A stretch of DNA of 62,057 bases, taken from the NCBI GenBank assembly GCA_049512315.1, contig JBEKXF010000018.1:1-62057 (forward strand), given 5' to 3'. How positions within the stretch are numbered: position 1 is the stretch's first letter; every line of letters begins with the position of its first letter. This DNA is from Candidatus Aminicenantales bacterium (GTDB lineage Bacteria; Acidobacteriota; Aminicenantia; Aminicenantales; Saccharicenantaceae). Positions 28,880 to 39,263 of this stretch are shown here, one piece after another. Position numbers and translations under genes: made by a program. The notes under the pieces are model-generated. The model did not search any database, had not been told where the DNA came from, and saw nothing but the letters and a program-made list of their open reading frames with translations.

Positions 28880-29343
28880 TCCGTCTTGCCTCGAGGGATG
28901 AGTCGGGCGATACTCTCGAAATCGGCGTCCGAGAGCGGCTTCTCCTCGAGAATTCCATCCAGGGCGTCCTTGTTCCAGACCTCCAGGTGATCGGAGAGGC
29001 CGATGACCTCGACCTCTTCCTGGAACCGGGCTTTTTCTCTCAGGGCCTGGCTGATCAGGACCCGGCCCTTGGAATCGAGCTCGTGACGGGACCCGTTCCG
29101 GTTGACCCGGAGCATGAATTTCCGGACGTCGGGCCGGAGCTGAACGGCGCCTTCGGAGGTCATCCGGGTCATCTCCAGCCAGACGGTCAAGGGATAGATG
29201 TGAACGGACTCGTCCAGCATCGAAGTGACGAACAGGTCCCGGCCGTAATTGGCCTGGATGACCTCGCGGAATTTCTCAGGGATCTTGATGCGGCCGCTGG
29301 CATCGAAGCGAGCCGTGTAGCTGCCGATCAAAACGTCTGCCAT
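28876..29343 (-). CDS. mraZ: Division/cell wall cluster transcriptional repressor MraZ
   Basis: Two DxxGR repeats (FDASGRIKIP, LDSKGRVLI), HLEVW; first gene of the dcw cluster. Confidence 0.9.
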   Translation of the reverse strand: MADVLIGSYTARFDASGRIKIPEKFREVIQANYGRDLFVTSMLDESVHIYPLTVWLEMTRMTSEGAVQLRPDVRKFMLRVNRNGSRHELDSKGRVLISQALREKARFQEEVEVIGLSDHLEVWNKDALDGILEEKPLSDADFESIARLIPRGKTE

Positions 29344-29351
29344 TATGGTTT

Positions 29352-29376
29352 GTCCCGATTTGTCCCGTTTCGTCCC
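29352..29376 (-). promoter_or_regulatory. MraZ-binding direct repeats (dcw box)
   Basis: Three GGGAC repeats with exact 10-bp period between the -10 element and the mraZ ATG. Confidence 0.75.
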
Positions 29377-29377
29377 A

Positions 29378-29406
29378 AATATATGGTTTAAGATACCAAA
29401 AGTCAA
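29378..29406 (-). promoter_or_regulatory. sigma70 promoter of the dcw cluster
   Basis: TTGACT-17bp-TATATT on the minus strand. Confidence 0.7.
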
Positions 29407-29526
29407 GCAAAATCGTGCCGAAAATCGAGAAAAAACAAGGGCCCAAAATGGAGGGTGAAATCAGGCGGGAAGGACAAGGAATAGTGGGGACGGCGAAGGC
29501 CTGAATGGCCGGCCGTTTTCGGGGGC

Positions 29527-29841
29527 TTACTGCGGAGGCTGTTTCGGCTCCTCCGGACCGCCTCCTTCATCGGGCGCGGGCATGCTGGCCATCAGCGCCC
29601 TGGCCGTTTCGAGGTCTTTTTCCTGGACGAAGATCTTGAATTCTGCCAGCCCGTCCACGGTGAAGGGATAAACGAAGGGAACCATCCGGCCCCGGATCAA
29701 GCAGGTGATCCCGTTGCTCTCGAGGAAGCTCTTGACGACATCGGCCTCGAAGGGGCCCCAGACGCGGCAGAGTTCCTTGAGGTCTAAGGCCGCGTCCTCG
29801 TCTTGTTCGGGCTTCGGGCCGGCTTTCTTTTTTTTGTCCAT
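29527..29841 (-). CDS. DUF2007-like (putative signal-transducing) small protein
   Basis: [14 protein letters not shown]...[14 protein letters not shown] pattern. Confidence 0.75.
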   Translation of the reverse strand: MDKKKKAGPKPEQDEDAALDLKELCRVWGPFEADVVKSFLESNGITCLIRGRMVPFVYPFTVDGLAEFKIFVQEKDLETARALMASMPAPDEGGGPEEPKQPPQ

Positions 29842-30266
29842 GGAAAGCGTCCTTCCTTGAAGGCGATATAATCGTCTAGGATTTTCCGGTGGTCAAAAGC
29901 CAGGGGCAGACTGACCTTGCGGGGTCCAACGACGCGGGCTTCCCGGGCGTCATCGGCCGCCCGCGGCCGCCCGGCGGCCCGAGCGATGAACACGGTCGAG
30001 ATGGTGTGCTGCCTCGGGTCGCGGCCGGGTTCGGAGTAGGTGTGGAGCTGGCCTAGGAGCCGGACGTCGAGGGACGTCTCCTCCCGGGCCTCCCGGACCG
30101 CGGCCTCTTCGAGGGATTCCCCATAATCCACGAACCCCCCCGGCAGAGCCCAGCCGAAAGGCGGGTTTTTCCTTTTGATGAGGACGATGTCCGGGGCCGG
30201 CCGGGAGCCGATCTCGATGATGATGTCGACCGTCGGCGCGGGGTTTCTCGGTATTTTCGGAGGCAT
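29784..30266 (-). CDS. NUDIX hydrolase
   Basis: Nudix box [32 protein letters not shown]; 58-nt overlap with the downstream gene. Confidence 0.9.
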   Translation of the reverse strand: MPPKIPRNPAPTVDIIIEIGSRPAPDIVLIKRKNPPFGWALPGGFVDYGESLEEAAVREAREETSLDVRLLGQLHTYSEPGRDPRQHTISTVFIARAAGRPRAADDAREARVVGPRKVSLPLAFDHRKILDDYIAFKEGRFPWTKKRKPARSPNKTRTRP

Positions 30267-30289
30267 TGGCACTCCCTGCCCTACCTATC

Positions 30290-30298
30290 TGTGGATAA
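30290..30298 (-). promoter_or_regulatory. DnaA box (TTATCCACA)
   Basis: Perfect 9-mer immediately downstream of the -10 of the NUDIX promoter. Confidence 0.5.
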
Positions 30299-30327
30299 GT
30301 ATATCGGCGGCCTTCCCGGCTTGTCAA
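30298..30327 (-). promoter_or_regulatory. sigma70 promoter of the NUDIX-DUF2007 unit
   Basis: TTGACA-18bp-TATACT. Confidence 0.65.
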
Positions 30328-30445
30328 TCGACCGCGTTTCCAAGGTTGAGCTCGGGGGGTTCCCTCGCTAAGGAACGAAATGTGACAGATGTCCTGATTA
30401 AAAGACAATGTCGGAGGCCGGTTTCTTGGGCGGCTCCGTCAATAG

Positions 30446-30462
30446 TTGGCACGAATAGTGCT
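30446..30462 (+). promoter_or_regulatory. sigma54 (-24/-12) promoter
   Basis: TTGGCACGAATAGTGCT, GG-N10-GC. Confidence 0.75.
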
Positions 30463-30504
30463 ATAATTAATTGTGGAACTCAGGGTGGATGGAAGGAGGG
30501 GGTC

Positions 30505-32517
30505 ATGAGACAAAAGACATTATTGGTGGTCATCGCGTGGGCCGTCCTTTTGTCGGCGCCCGTCCTCCTCCAGGCCTCCGGGAAGTCCAGGTACAAGGTC
30601 CTGAACGGGCCGGAAGACTTTTATTACGGCCACATCAGCTACACCGAAGCGAAGGCCGACGGGAACGACCCGGTCGTCCTGCGGGAGGGAGCCGGCGCGC
30701 CCGAAGCGGCGGTCCTCAACCTGCCGCTCGGCCCCGGGGATACGATCCGGACGACCGCCGACCGTCGCTGCGAAATCCAATTCGATACCGGGACGATCAT
30801 CCGGCTCGACGTCGCGACCGAGCTCAGGCTGGAGACAATCCTGGCCCGTAGCCTGAGCACCTCCCGCCAGCTCTCGAACCTGACCCTGACGAAGGGCCGT
30901 ATCTACGTCATGTATAAACAGTACTCCTCCGGCGAGATGTTCCAAGTCCTGACGCCCAACGCGGCGGTTATGATGAAGCACAACACCGTGGCCTCCATCA
31001 GATTGACGGCCGACGGCGCGACCGACGCCCAAGTAAGATATGGAAAAGCCTCCGTCCTTTTCGGCCCCGACGAAAAATCCCTCAGGAACGAGGCGGTCGG
31101 AAAAATGGGCCGCCTGGTCGTCAACGGCGGCAACCAATCCCAGCATGCCACCTACGTCGCCGGTTCGGACTTCGAGCTCTGGAACGACGAGATCAACGCC
31201 CGTTTCGATGAGCTCCATAAGGGCCAGAGCGCTCTGCCCAAGCCGGTCCAGAAGCTTCCGCAGGCCGTTTTCGATTTCGCCCAGCAGTTCGGGAACCTCT
31301 ACGGCGAATGGCTATGGGATAGCCTGTACGGATACGTCTGGCGGCCTTTCCTGAACAATGGCACGTATCCCTGGGGGAACTGGCAGCCCTATTTCTACGG
31401 TCGCTGGTCCTCTGCGGGCGGGCAGATGTACTGGGTGCCCGAAGAGCCTTGGGGCTGGATCCCTTATCATCTCGGCATCTGGCAATGGGACAAGAAGCTC
31501 GGCTGGGTCTGGCTGCCGGGGTCCCTGTTCGCTCCGGCCTGGGTGGACTGGGAATTTTTCTTCGGCTATTGCGGCTGGCGGCCCGACAGCCTGTTCGACT
31601 TTTTCGATGGCTTTTATACCGACTTCTCTTTCTTTGACGGCGGCTGGAATTACGCTTTGTCGGGCCCAACGACCGGACCCTCCACAGGCGCGACGCCTCC
31701 TTTGACCACGATCCACAAAAACCAGCTGAAGCAGCCCGGCGCTTCTTCTTCCTCCCTCCCCAAGGAGCTCAAGAGCGTGTCCAAGAGATTGCTCGCGGCC
31801 TACAAGGGCGGAGACCCGCGGGTCCTCGACTCTATGAAGCGGGTTTCTTCCCAAACGGTCTTCGTCGCCAAGGACAGCCTGAACGGGCCCAAGATCCGGG
31901 ACCAGGCCCTGACCTGGGAAAACGTCCCGAAGATCGGCGCGCGGCCGGTCAAGGATGGCCCGGGGGCTTTCCGGCGGCCGTCCGATCCCGGACGGGAGGC
32001 GGCGCGGATATTCCGCAATAACGAATTCCACATGAATGGCGCCGTCTCGAAGCCCAAAGCCGTCCCCGCAGCTGCGGGCCCGAAAGCGGACCGGACGGAC
32101 GAAGTGAAGAGCGTCCCGTCGCCCGCCCCGTCCTCGCGCCGGGATGCCGTTGGTCAGAGCACAGCCGGGGCGGTGGCCCGCGGGGCCGCGATGTCCGGGC
32201 CGTCCGCAGCCGGCCGGCGCTTTCTGGATTGGAACCCGGACGTCAGGGTCGCCAGGGAACTCGGCGTCCATATCGAGTATTCCAGCGGGAAAAATGAAGT
32301 CCGCTGCCCCGAGCTGAAGATCACCTCGGCGGACCGTGAGCGTGGCTCGGGATATGTGCCCAACCTGACGACCAGCGGAATAAGCTATGTCCCCGCCTCC
32401 TCCGCCGTCGGTTCTTCGTCCGGGACTCCGGCGTCCTCTTCTTCCCCCGGGACTGCCGGTCATGCCGCGACTAAAGAGGGTTCCGGGGGAAGCGGCGGGG
32501 GGAAGATCAAAAACTGA
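30505..32517 (+). CDS. Secreted FecR-domain + DUF6600-like (Trp/Gly-rich) protein
   Basis: SD AAGGAGG, signal peptide, FecR-like NLPLGPGDTIRT..EIQFDTGTIIRLD, then YGEW..YGYVWRP..EPWGWIPYHLGIW..WVWLPG..APAWVDW. Confidence 0.8.
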   Translation: MRQKTLLVVIAWAVLLSAPVLLQASGKSRYKVLNGPEDFYYGHISYTEAKADGNDPVVLREGAGAPEAAVLNLPLGPGDTIRTTADRRCEIQFDTGTIIRLDVATELRLETILARSLSTSRQLSNLTLTKGRIYVMYKQYSSGEMFQVLTPNAAVMMKHNTVASIRLTADGATDAQVRYGKASVLFGPDEKSLRNEAVGKMGRLVVNGGNQSQHATYVAGSDFELWNDEINARFDELHKGQSALPKPVQKLPQAVFDFAQQFGNLYGEWLWDSLYGYVWRPFLNNGTYPWGNWQPYFYGRWSSAGGQMYWVPEEPWGWIPYHLGIWQWDKKLGWVWLPGSLFAPAWVDWEFFFGYCGWRPDSLFDFFDGFYTDFSFFDGGWNYALSGPTTGPSTGATPPLTTIHKNQLKQPGASSSSLPKELKSVSKRLLAAYKGGDPRVLDSMKRVSSQTVFVAKDSLNGPKIRDQALTWENVPKIGARPVKDGPGAFRRPSDPGREAARIFRNNEFHMNGAVSKPKAVPAAAGPKADRTDEVKSVPSPAPSSRRDAVGQSTAGAVARGAAMSGPSAAGRRFLDWNPDVRVARELGVHIEYSSGKNEVRCPELKITSADRERGSGYVPNLTTSGISYVPASSAVGSSSGTPASSSSPGTAGHAATKEGSGGSGGGKIKN

Positions 32518-33793
32518 AAAAGAACGGCGAGGTCCGGAGGATCCGGGGCGCGTCGAGCAGCATCCGGAGTCTCCGGGCTTCGTTTTTATAAGCGTCCAGG
32601 AATTCCTTCCGGACCGGGTCCGCGGGCTTGAACTTCTGGCCGAGCGGGTTGACGGGGCTGCCGTGATAACTGACCCGGTAATCCAGGTGCGGCCCGGTCG
32701 CGTCGCCCGTGGCTCCCACATAGCCGATGACGTCACCGCCCTTGACCTGAGCTCCCGCCCTGACCCCGGGGCCGAAACCGCTCAGGTGGAGATACATGGT
32801 CTCGTAGGAATTCTTGTGCTGGACCTTCACCTTACGGCCCGAAGGGCCGTCCCAGCCGGCGAAGGTCACCTTCCCGTCGGCCGTGACCTGGACCGGAGTC
32901 CCTTCCGGAGCGCCGTAGTCCACGCCGTAGTGGGGACGGTAGACCTTGTAGATCGGGTGGAGCCGGCTGCTGGTGAAGCGCGAGGTGATGTGGGCCCCGT
33001 ATTTGAAGGGCGACTTCAGGAACTCCTTCCGCTTGGACAGGCCCGCTTCGTCGAAATAGTCCGCGGCGCCGGAGTCGGGGTAGGTGAAGCGGAAGGCCTG
33101 GAAGACCTTCCCTTCGTTCGTGAACTCCGCCGCCAGGATGTTCCGGTAGCCGGAGAATTTGCCGTCCAGGTACTTTTTCTCGACCAGGATCCGGAAGGCG
33201 TCCCCTTTCCGAAGGTCGGTGTAGAAATCGATGTCCCAGCCGAAGCAGCGCTCCGCGAGATCGTAGGCGAGGACGTCCTCCTCGCCGGCCCCGGCCATGG
33301 CGGCCACGGGAGTGGTCTCGATGACGCCGAAGACCAGGGCGGGCTTGATCTCGAAGGGGTAATACTTGACCTCAGCCCTGATCCCCTCGCTCTCGTTCCG
33401 CACCACGAGGTAGCGGGTCTCATCGATGTCGTATTCGAGGGCCTTCCAGACGTTGTCGGGCGCCTTGAAGAGGCGCATCTCGTGGCCCGCCGCTATCTTG
33501 GACAGGTCGTAAACGGGCTTGACGGATTCCTTCAGCCTGTGGATCTCCCGGTTATCGAAGTCCTGCCTTTTGAGGAGGCTGGCCAGGTTCGTCCCCCGGG
33601 GGATGATGATCTTCTCTTCCCGGAGCGGAGGCGGCGGGGCGGTGGGGGGGGCGGTCAGGGCGGCCGAGGTTTTTTCGACGTCGACGGACGGCCCTCCTTC
33701 TTGAAAGAAAAAATGCCGGACGGCCAGAATGGCAAGGATCAGGGCGACCAGGGGGACGGCGGCAACCAGGAGGACTCTTTTCCAGCGCTGCAT
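32507..33793 (-). CDS. M23-family peptidoglycan DD-endopeptidase (MepM-like)
   Basis: N-terminal TM helix, HYGVDYG, YLHLS, TGPHLDY; alternative GTG start at 33817. Confidence 0.9.
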   Translation of the reverse strand: MQRWKRVLLVAAVPLVALILAILAVRHFFFQEGGPSVDVEKTSAALTAPPTAPPPPLREEKIIIPRGTNLASLLKRQDFDNREIHRLKESVKPVYDLSKIAAGHEMRLFKAPDNVWKALEYDIDETRYLVVRNESEGIRAEVKYYPFEIKPALVFGVIETTPVAAMAGAGEEDVLAYDLAERCFGWDIDFYTDLRKGDAFRILVEKKYLDGKFSGYRNILAAEFTNEGKVFQAFRFTYPDSGAADYFDEAGLSKRKEFLKSPFKYGAHITSRFTSSRLHPIYKVYRPHYGVDYGAPEGTPVQVTADGKVTFAGWDGPSGRKVKVQHKNSYETMYLHLSGFGPGVRAGAQVKGGDVIGYVGATGDATGPHLDYRVSYHGSPVNPLGQKFKPADPVRKEFLDAYKNEARRLRMLLDAPRILRTSPFFFSF

Positions 33794-33813
33794 GGCCGGC
33801 CGCGCCGTGCGAG

Positions 33814-34566
33814 TCACGAGGGGTTTTCTTTGGCCGCGGGCTTTCTCTTCAGGCCCTTCTTCCCGGCCCGGGCCAGGACCGTCGCCGGCCCGGAGAGGAC
33901 GTTGAGGCCGGTGAGGACGAGGAGGGCGACCCGCGGATAAAAGATGAGGCCCGCGATAGATACCGCCGCGAGGAGCGCGGTCAGGATGTCGATCCGACGG
34001 CCCTGCAGGACTTTCGTGTAATTGCGGTAGGGGAAGGTGCTGACCATGCAGAGGGCCACGAGAAACGTCAGGGCGATCAGCCCGATGGCCAGCTCCCGCG
34101 TTTCGAGCGGGGCCGGGTGGAAGATGACCAGTGAGCCCATGAAGATGGCCGCCGAGGGAACGGTCAGCCCCTGGTAGTGCTTCCGGTCAGGGAGCGACTT
34201 GGTCCGGATGTTGTAGCGGGCCAGCCGGAGGACCCCCGCCGTGAGGAAGAGGAAGCTGAAAAAAATGGCCGGAGGCCCGGCGAGCTTCATCCCCCAGAAA
34301 TAGAGGAGGACGGAGGTCGCGAGGCCGAACGAGACCGCGTCGGAGAGCGAGTCGAGCTCGATCCCGAAATCCGACGGCGCCTTCATGGCCCGGGCCACGA
34401 GCCCGTCCATGCCGTCCATCAGGGCCGCCACGACGATCCAGAGGGCGGCCATTCTGTATCTTCCGTGATAGGTCAGGAGGATGCTCATAAACCCGAAGAA
34501 CAGGTTGGTGAGGGTGAAGAGGCTTGGGACGAGGTAAATGCCCTTGTGGAGCTTTTTCGTCTTCAT
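33814..34566 (-). CDS. pssA: CDP-diacylglycerol--serine O-phosphatidyltransferase
   Basis: CDP-alcohol motif DGMDGLVAR..FGIELDSLSD, LRLARYN; adjacent to psd. Confidence 0.9.
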   Translation of the reverse strand: MKTKKLHKGIYLVPSLFTLTNLFFGFMSILLTYHGRYRMAALWIVVAALMDGMDGLVARAMKAPSDFGIELDSLSDAVSFGLATSVLLYFWGMKLAGPPAIFFSFLFLTAGVLRLARYNIRTKSLPDRKHYQGLTVPSAAIFMGSLVIFHPAPLETRELAIGLIALTFLVALCMVSTFPYRNYTKVLQGRRIDILTALLAAVSIAGLIFYPRVALLVLTGLNVLSGPATVLARAGKKGLKRKPAAKENPS

Positions 34567-35192
34567 GGCTTCTCCTCGGCGATGACGGATCGGCCGGCCT
34601 TGACCTTCCGGTTGAGGCCGACCTTGAGGGCGATGTCCCGGGGCAGGGTGATCTCGACCCGCGACCCGAAATACATGAGGCCGACTTTCTCCCCCCGGGC
34701 CACGGCCTGCCCTTCCTTGACGAAGCACTTGATCCGGCGGGCCGCGACGCCGACGATCTGCTTCATGACGAGGCTTGCCCTCCCGCCCTTGAGGACGAGC
34801 GTGTTCGACTCGTTGGCCGTGCCGGCCTCGGGCTTGTAGGCCGGCAGGAATCGGCCGGGGTGATATTCCACTTTCCCGACGGTCGCCGCGAGTGGGGATC
34901 GGACGAGATGGACGTCGAGAAGCGAAAGGAAGATCGTGATCCGGTTGACCGGTCCGGCGAGCTCCGGGTGGGACGGCAAGGCCTCGATCGCCAGGACCCG
35001 GCCGTCGGCGGGAGAAACGATAAGATGCTCGCCGGCCGGCGGAGTCCGCCGCGGGTCACGGAAAAAGAACAGGAAGGCGAGGGCGAGGGCGAGGAAAAAG
35101 ACCGCTGCCGGCCACCAGCCGAGCGCCCATGAGGCGGCGGCCAGGATGGCGGCGGGGAGGATGAATCTCAAGCCTTCTTTGGCGATCGGCAT
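34563..35192 (-). CDS. psd: Phosphatidylserine decarboxylase proenzyme
   Basis: FFFRDPRR, SPADGRV, DVHLVRSP, FGSRV self-cleavage motif. Confidence 0.92.
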   Translation of the reverse strand: MPIAKEGLRFILPAAILAAASWALGWWPAAVFFLALALAFLFFFRDPRRTPPAGEHLIVSPADGRVLAIEALPSHPELAGPVNRITIFLSLLDVHLVRSPLAATVGKVEYHPGRFLPAYKPEAGTANESNTLVLKGGRASLVMKQIVGVAARRIKCFVKEGQAVARGEKVGLMYFGSRVEITLPRDIALKVGLNRKVKAGRSVIAEEKP

Positions 35193-35201
35193 CACTTCTC
35201 C

Positions 35202-36695
35202 CTAGCGGTCCGCCCAGAGATAGGAGGCCAGGAACGACACCTTCGCGGCTTCGGCCATGATCTCGGGATTGATCCGGAAGATCGTGTCCCCGCTCTGGTG
35301 ATAAGCGATATGCGGCCCGTTCGACCCGAGGCTGGCCGACGGGATCCCCTTCTGGAAGAACGGGGCGAAGTCCGAGCCGCGGACTCCGACGCTCCTGATC
35401 ACGCCGAGGCCGCGGATGATCCCGACGGACTTGTCGGCCTCTTCGATGGCCTTCTTGAGCTCGGCGGGCTCGGCGGACACGGCTCCCCAGAGCCCGTCAC
35501 CCTCGCCCGTCATGTCGTAATTGAACATGCCATCGACCTTTCCCAAGGACGCGGGCACGTGGTCGACGAAATAGGTCGAGCCCTGGAGCCCCAGCTCTTC
35601 GCCGCCGAACAGCACGAACGCGACGGAGCGCTTGGGTCTCCGGGTGAGAGAGGCGTAAGCCCTCGCGATCTGCATGACCGTGGCGCTGCCGCTGGCGTTG
35701 TCGTCCGCGCCGGGAAAGAGGAGCCCCATGTGCCGTCCGCAGTGGTCGAGATGGCCGCCGATGACGACGCACTCTTTCCGGAGCTGGGGGTCGGAGCCGT
35801 CGACAAAGCCGACGACGTTGTAGCCGACGGCGTTGGGGAAGTGCCGCGAGGCAACCATCACTCTGATCTTCATCTGGAGGGGGAACGAGATGGGCCGCTT
35901 GTAGGTCGTCAGGGACTTCTTGAGGTCCGCCGAGCTCGAGCCGACCTCCTTGAGGACCGTGTCCATGACCTTTTCGCTGATCATGGCCGGGGTGAATCCC
36001 TCGAGCCAGTCCCCGTTGGGATTGGAGGCGATCTCGGAATAGATGTAGACGATGCCGAGCGCGCCCTTGTCCCGGGCCGTTTTCATCCGGGTCCGGTGCT
36101 CGTCATAATACTGGTATTTTTTATCGTTGTCCGGGGTGCCCCGGAAGCAGAGGACGAACTTCCCCTTGACGTCGATCCCGGCGTAGTCGTCGTAATTGAT
36201 CTCCGGCGCCGAGATGCCCCATCCGGCGAAAACCGTCTCGGCCGTCCGGTCGCCGCTGTCCGAGTAGAGGAGCGGCAGGAAGTCTTTCTCGGGGACGAGC
36301 TTCATCTCCTTGTAGGATGGGGCCTTCCCGGGATCCGGCGTTCCTCCGGGGAGAAGGAGCGTCATCTCGGCCTTGTCCACGATCGTACAAGGGGACGGGA
36401 AGGGTTGGAGATAGCCGTCCTTGGCATTCAGAGGCCTGAGCCCCCACGCTTTGAACTTGCCGGCGGCCCACTTGGCCGCGGCGGCAAATCCGGCCTCGCC
36501 CGTCAGGCGACCGCCGAATCCCGGCGAAGCGAGGGTCCGGACGGTGTCATAGGCTTCTGATGCGCTGATGGCCTTGAGGGCCGTTTCCAGGTTCTTGTCG
36601 AGAGACTGCGACCGGGAGGGGAGGGACAGGGCCGGCAGCAGGAGCGCGACCGCCAGGCCGCAGCGCGCGATTTTCGCTATCTGGATCTTATTCAT
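35202..36695 (-). CDS. Secreted M28-family peptidase with PA domain
   Basis: DDYAGIDVKGK, GGHLDH, GADDNASG, GEELG, GSDF, YHQSGD. Confidence 0.9.
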   Translation of the reverse strand: MNKIQIAKIARCGLAVALLLPALSLPSRSQSLDKNLETALKAISASEAYDTVRTLASPGFGGRLTGEAGFAAAAKWAAGKFKAWGLRPLNAKDGYLQPFPSPCTIVDKAEMTLLLPGGTPDPGKAPSYKEMKLVPEKDFLPLLYSDSGDRTAETVFAGWGISAPEINYDDYAGIDVKGKFVLCFRGTPDNDKKYQYYDEHRTRMKTARDKGALGIVYIYSEIASNPNGDWLEGFTPAMISEKVMDTVLKEVGSSSADLKKSLTTYKRPISFPLQMKIRVMVASRHFPNAVGYNVVGFVDGSDPQLRKECVVIGGHLDHCGRHMGLLFPGADDNASGSATVMQIARAYASLTRRPKRSVAFVLFGGEELGLQGSTYFVDHVPASLGKVDGMFNYDMTGEGDGLWGAVSAEPAELKKAIEEADKSVGIIRGLGVIRSVGVRGSDFAPFFQKGIPSASLGSNGPHIAYHQSGDTIFRINPEIMAEAAKVSFLASYLWADR

Positions 36696-36752
36696 GTACA
36701 AATCTCCACCTTGAATGATAGGCTCTTTGGACCAAAAAGTAAATCCGCGCCC

Positions 36753-36953
36753 TCAGGCCTTTTTCTTGAGGCCCCGCCGGCGGGCGATCTCCTTGACGAC
36801 GGCGGGATGGAGGACGAAGTAGTAATAGGCCGTCAGGAGGACGATGATCAGGGCGAAACGGAGGACGTTCCCCCGAGCGAGGGAGTAAACTGCGTAGCCT
36901 AGAGCGGCCAGGAGGCCGCCCAGGTGAAGGAAAGCGAACACCCAATCAAACAT
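36753..36953 (-). CDS. Small two-TM membrane protein
   Basis: 66-aa ORF with two hydrophobic helices and a basic tail; host-like codons; co-oriented with neighbours. Confidence 0.6.
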   Translation of the reverse strand: MFDWVFAFLHLGGLLAALGYAVYSLARGNVLRFALIIVLLTAYYYFVLHPAVVKEIARRRGLKKKA

Positions 36954-37000
36954 GGGCCGCCACCGGATCTCCCCCGGCGCCGAAGCCCTGAGCGGGCTCC

Positions 37001-37588
37001 TTATTTTCCGCCGATGACCTGGACCGAGATGATGGTGATGGGCTCCAACGGAACGTCCTGGAGGCCGTGCTTCGTCCCGGTCTTGACCTTGGCGATGGCG
37101 TCGACGACGTCCATCCCGGCCACGACCTTGCCGAAGACGCAATAGCCGAAGCCGTCCGGCGTGTCGCCCTTGTGGTCCAAGAAGCCATTGTCTTTGAGGT
37201 TGATGAAGAACTGACAGGTCGCGCTGTCCACGGTGCCGGTCCGGGCCATGGCGATCGTCCCCCGGGCGTTCTTCAGGCCGTTCCCCGCCTCGTTCTTGAT
37301 AGGGGGCTTGGAAAGCTTTTCGCTCATCTCGGCGGTCATGCCTCCGCCCTGGATCATGAAGTTGGCGATGACCCGGTGGAAAATCGTGCCGTCGAAATAC
37401 TTATCCTTGACGTAGGACAGGAAGTTCTTGACCGTGCCCGGCGCCTTGGCCGCGTTGAGCTCGATCGTGATGTCGCCCTTGCTCGTCTTCATGAGGACCT
37501 TGGTGGCCGCCGCCGGCGTCTGGGCGATCGCCAGGCCGGCCAGGAAGGAACCGGCCACGAATAAGGTCAGAAGGAACTGTCTGGTCAT
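37001..37588 (-). CDS. Secreted cyclophilin-type peptidyl-prolyl isomerase
   Basis: SD AAGGAGG, signal peptide, [35 protein letters not shown]. Confidence 0.95.
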   Translation of the reverse strand: MTRQFLLTLFVAGSFLAGLAIAQTPAAATKVLMKTSKGDITIELNAAKAPGTVKNFLSYVKDKYFDGTIFHRVIANFMIQGGGMTAEMSEKLSKPPIKNEAGNGLKNARGTIAMARTGTVDSATCQFFINLKDNGFLDHKGDTPDGFGYCVFGKVVAGMDVVDAIAKVKTGTKHGLQDVPLEPITIISVQVIGGK

Positions 37589-37720
37589 CGGGACCTCCTT
37601 GATTTCGGACTCCGGAAACATGTCACGATAACAGAATCAGCTGCCCAAATCAACCGCCCCTTGCCTTTTCTCCTTCCGTTTCATTATGATAATCCCTATT
37701 TTTTTTGGAAGGAGGACGGC

Positions 37721-39259
37721 ATGAAAAAGCTCCGCTTCTTCGCGGCCGTGGCCGCGCTTCTGGCCTTCTCCGGCTTTCTCTCCCTGGCGGCTCAGGAAGT
37801 TCAAAAGCCGGCGGACGACCAGTCGAAGATCGTCGAGGCCATGCACCTCGTTTCGAGCAACGTGCTCTACGATTACGTCAAGGAGCTCGTCTCCGAGAAG
37901 TACGGCGGCCGGCTGACCGGGACCAGGGAGTTCGAGGCCTGCGCGGCCTGGGTCGAATCCCTTCTCCGGAAGTGGGGCGTCCAGCCCGCGGGCGACAACG
38001 GCACCTACCGCCAGAATTTCCCCAATCCCTACACCAGGGTCTTCCCGGGCGGCGAATGTGTCATGCTGATCCCGGACAAGAAAGACGTCATCAGGAAATA
38101 TTACCGTTACGAGGACGAGTTCATCCCCGGCGGGACGTCGGGGTCGGGCGAAGTGACCGCCGAGGTCGTCTACGTGGGATACGGCGTTACGGCTCCCGAG
38201 CTCGGCTACGACGACTACAAGGGCGTTGACGTCAAGGGCAAGATCGTCCTCATGGATTCCGAGGTGCCGGTCAGCCCAGGCGATAAGACGCTGGACCTGT
38301 TCATGAAGTGGCGACCATATTCCTTCCACCAGTACAAGCTCAAGAACGCGGCCGCCCACGGCGCGAAAGGGATGCTTTACAATTACGGGCCCATCGGCAA
38401 CCCCAACAACGCCTACGTGGAAGGGTTCATCTACCATCACGTCGGGGAGGCCGTCGTCAGCGACGTTTTCGCCGGGACGGGCAAAACCTACAAGGATACC
38501 GTCGGCCAGATCCGCAAGGAGCTCAAGCCCCAGTCCTTCGCCACGGGGAAGACCTTCACGATCAAGAACGTCACCGAGCATCACCCCGACGGCGTGGGCT
38601 TCAACGTCCTCGGAGCCATTCCCGGGACGGATCCGGTCCTCAAAAACGAGGTCATCCTGATCGCCGGTCACCTCGACCACCTCGGCCGGATGTGGGAGCT
38701 CATGCCGGGGGCCAACGACAACGCGACGGCGGTCGCCGTCGGGCTCGGGGTCGCCGAGGCCATGGCCAAGTGCGCCGTCAAGCCGGAGCGGACCGTCGTC
38801 TTCGCCTTTTTCGGCAGCGAGGAGCAGAGCGAAAACCAAGGAACGGAGGGATCACATTACTACACCGAGCACCCGATCTTTTCTCTCGACAAGACCGTGG
38901 TCATGATCAATATGGAGGGCCCGGGCAGCGGCGATAAGATCTCGGCCTCGGGCGGCAAGACCTATCCCGCCTTCTGGAGTTTCATCGAGAAGGCCAACAA
39001 CACCTACATCCACCGGCCGCTCGCGACGGGCTTCACGTCCTATCCCGGCCGGCCGCGGCAGGATTCGGCCTGGTTCTTCTGGAAGGGCGTGCCGGCACTC
39101 ACCTTCGGCTCCTACGGCTTCAACCCCGGCCGGCCGACCTACCATACTCCGCATGACGATATCAGCCTCGTCACGCCGGAGATCATGGAGGACATCGCCC
39201 AGCTCCTGTTCATGGCCGTCATGGACATGAGCGGCCAGCCCGCGCTCAAATTCCGATAA
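37721..39259 (+). CDS. Secreted M28-family peptidase with PA domain
   Basis: SD GGAGG, signal peptide, DDYKGVDVKGK, GHLDH, GANDNA, SEE, YHTPHD. Confidence 0.9.
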   Translation: MKKLRFFAAVAALLAFSGFLSLAAQEVQKPADDQSKIVEAMHLVSSNVLYDYVKELVSEKYGGRLTGTREFEACAAWVESLLRKWGVQPAGDNGTYRQNFPNPYTRVFPGGECVMLIPDKKDVIRKYYRYEDEFIPGGTSGSGEVTAEVVYVGYGVTAPELGYDDYKGVDVKGKIVLMDSEVPVSPGDKTLDLFMKWRPYSFHQYKLKNAAAHGAKGMLYNYGPIGNPNNAYVEGFIYHHVGEAVVSDVFAGTGKTYKDTVGQIRKELKPQSFATGKTFTIKNVTEHHPDGVGFNVLGAIPGTDPVLKNEVILIAGHLDHLGRMWELMPGANDNATAVAVGLGVAEAMAKCAVKPERTVVFAFFGSEEQSENQGTEGSHYYTEHPIFSLDKTVVMINMEGPGSGDKISASGGKTYPAFWSFIEKANNTYIHRPLATGFTSYPGRPRQDSAWFFWKGVPALTFGSYGFNPGRPTYHTPHDDISLVTPEIMEDIAQLLFMAVMDMSGQPALKFR

Positions 39260-39263
39260 GGCC

